From Acidimicrobiales bacterium (GTDB lineage: Bacteria; Actinomycetota; Acidimicrobiia; Acidimicrobiales; Bog-793), in the NCBI GenBank assembly GCA_050010315.1, contig JBEKLG010000002.1, forward strand, positions 1-33,809: a DNA stretch of 33,809 nucleotides, read 5' to 3'. The notes below the pieces were generated by a model. The model was not told the DNA's origin and searched no databases. It saw only the letters and a program-made list of their open reading frames with translations. Shown here in pieces: positions 33,070-33,809 of the stretch (within the stretch, counting starts at the first letter, position 1; every line of letters starts with the position of its first letter). The position numbers were made by a program, and so were the translations under genes.

Positions 33070-33809
33070 TTAGGAACCGACCGGCAGCCCGGCGAACGAC
33101 ACGGCGACACCGACCGCCGCCGCGGCGAGCAGGCCGACGACGACGTTATGGCGCAAGGCGACGAGCCAGACAAGTGCCCCCGCGAGCACGCCCACCTGCC
33201 AGAGGTGCGCGAGCGCCAGCCCGAGCGGGATCGCCGCGCCGGCGATCGCGCCGATGGCGGCGGGGCCCGCACCGGTGAGGAAGGCCTGGACGCCGCCGTT
33301 GGCGCGCAACCGGCCGAAGTGCCGACCGCCGAGCAAAACGAAGCAGAACGAGGGCAGGAAGGCGACGGCTGCGGCGATCAGGCCCCCGCGTAGCTTCGCC
33401 GCGGCGTAGCCAACGACGGCGACCGTCTGGACGACCGGACCGGGCGTGATCTGGCCGAGCGCGACCGCGTTCAGGAACTGGGCGTTCGTCATCCAGTGGA
33501 AGGTATGGACGGCGTCGGTCTGCATCAGCGGCACGATGACGAAACCCCCGCCGTACGAGAGGGCTCCGACCTTGAAAGCCTCCCAGACCACAGCGCCGAT
33601 GCCTCCGACGGAGGCCACCGCGGCGACCAAGGGAAAGACAGCGAACCCCGGCAACGTCGTCGGCGGCTTGTTCCTCAGCTCCCTCACGACAACCTCGGCG
33701 ATGCCACAGGAAAAGAGCACGATGACGAGGAAGGGGCCGATCGTCGCCGCAGCGGCACCCCCGGCGACGGCGTAGAGCACCCAACGGGCGTGCTCAGCAC
33801 GACGCGCCC
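33070..33809 (-). CDS. chrA: chromate transporter (ChrA/CHR family), C-terminal part; the frame is open to the right window edge
   Basis: CHR-domain motifs AFKVGALSYGGGFVIVPLMQ and ALGQITPGPVVQT, hydrophobic throughout. There is no stop between the track's GTG 33780 and position 33809. About 65 residues precede the CHR domain, which suggests a two-domain long ChrA continuing outside the window. Confidence 0.8.
   Translation of the reverse strand, partial: ARRAEHARWVLYAVAGGAAAATIGPFLVIVLFSCGIAEVVVRELRNKPPTTLPGFAVFPLVAAVASVGGIGAVVWEAFKVGALSYGGGFVIVPLMQTDAVHTFHWMTNAQFLNAVALGQITPGPVVQTVAVVGYAAAKLRGGLIAAAVAFLPSFCFVLLGGRHFGRLRANGGVQAFLTGAGPAAIGAIAGAAIPLGLALAHLWQVGVLAGALVWLVALRHNVVVGLLAAAAVGVAVSFAGLPVGS

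Overview
Very GC-rich, gene-dense chromosomal segment with G/C at almost every third codon position. It is almost certainly from an actinobacterium: it has a WhiB-like regulator, a GlnR-type regulator, topA-tmk-holB, ask-asd and a paired ArsA/Get3-like ATPase locus. I support 32 protein-coding genes, one tRNA-Pro(CGG) and two in-frame tandem-repeat tracts. Content, left to right:
- A PFOR gene missing from the ORF track, next to a GltD-like flavoprotein-ferredoxin fusion.
- A secreted 4 x 81-aa repeat protein, an EamA transporter and a GNAT.
- holB-tmk-topA, a HAD-IB hydrolase and a sigma-70 factor.
- nadE plus a coupled hypothetical gene, then glnA and a GlnR-like regulator.
- A RidA / A-type Fe-S carrier / Mrp / WhiB-like / 2 x ArsA-like neighbourhood.
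- An aldo-keto reductase, an orphan receiver and a CorC-like protein.
- tRNA-Pro, a hypothetical helical protein overlapping a convergent CHAP hydrolase gene, an archaeal-type proS, asd-ask, a cyclophilin and a partial chrA.

Many long ORF-track entries are antisense or out-of-frame shadows typical of high-GC DNA, and several true genes start well inside the listed ORFs. I found no transposase, integrase, CRISPR array, phage gene or recognisable defence gene. The window looks mostly like core housekeeping DNA, and I cannot point to an unambiguous novel system. The best second-look candidates are:
- the tandem-repeat secreted protein with a Gly/His tail;
- the Fe-S-themed cluster around the asymmetric ArsA-like ATPase pair;
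- the hypothetical/CHAP convergent-overlap pair downstream of tRNA-Pro;
- the structured proS leader;
- the GlnR-like regulator that seems to lack a phospho-acceptor Asp.

All family assignments come from motif recognition by eye, not from searches.
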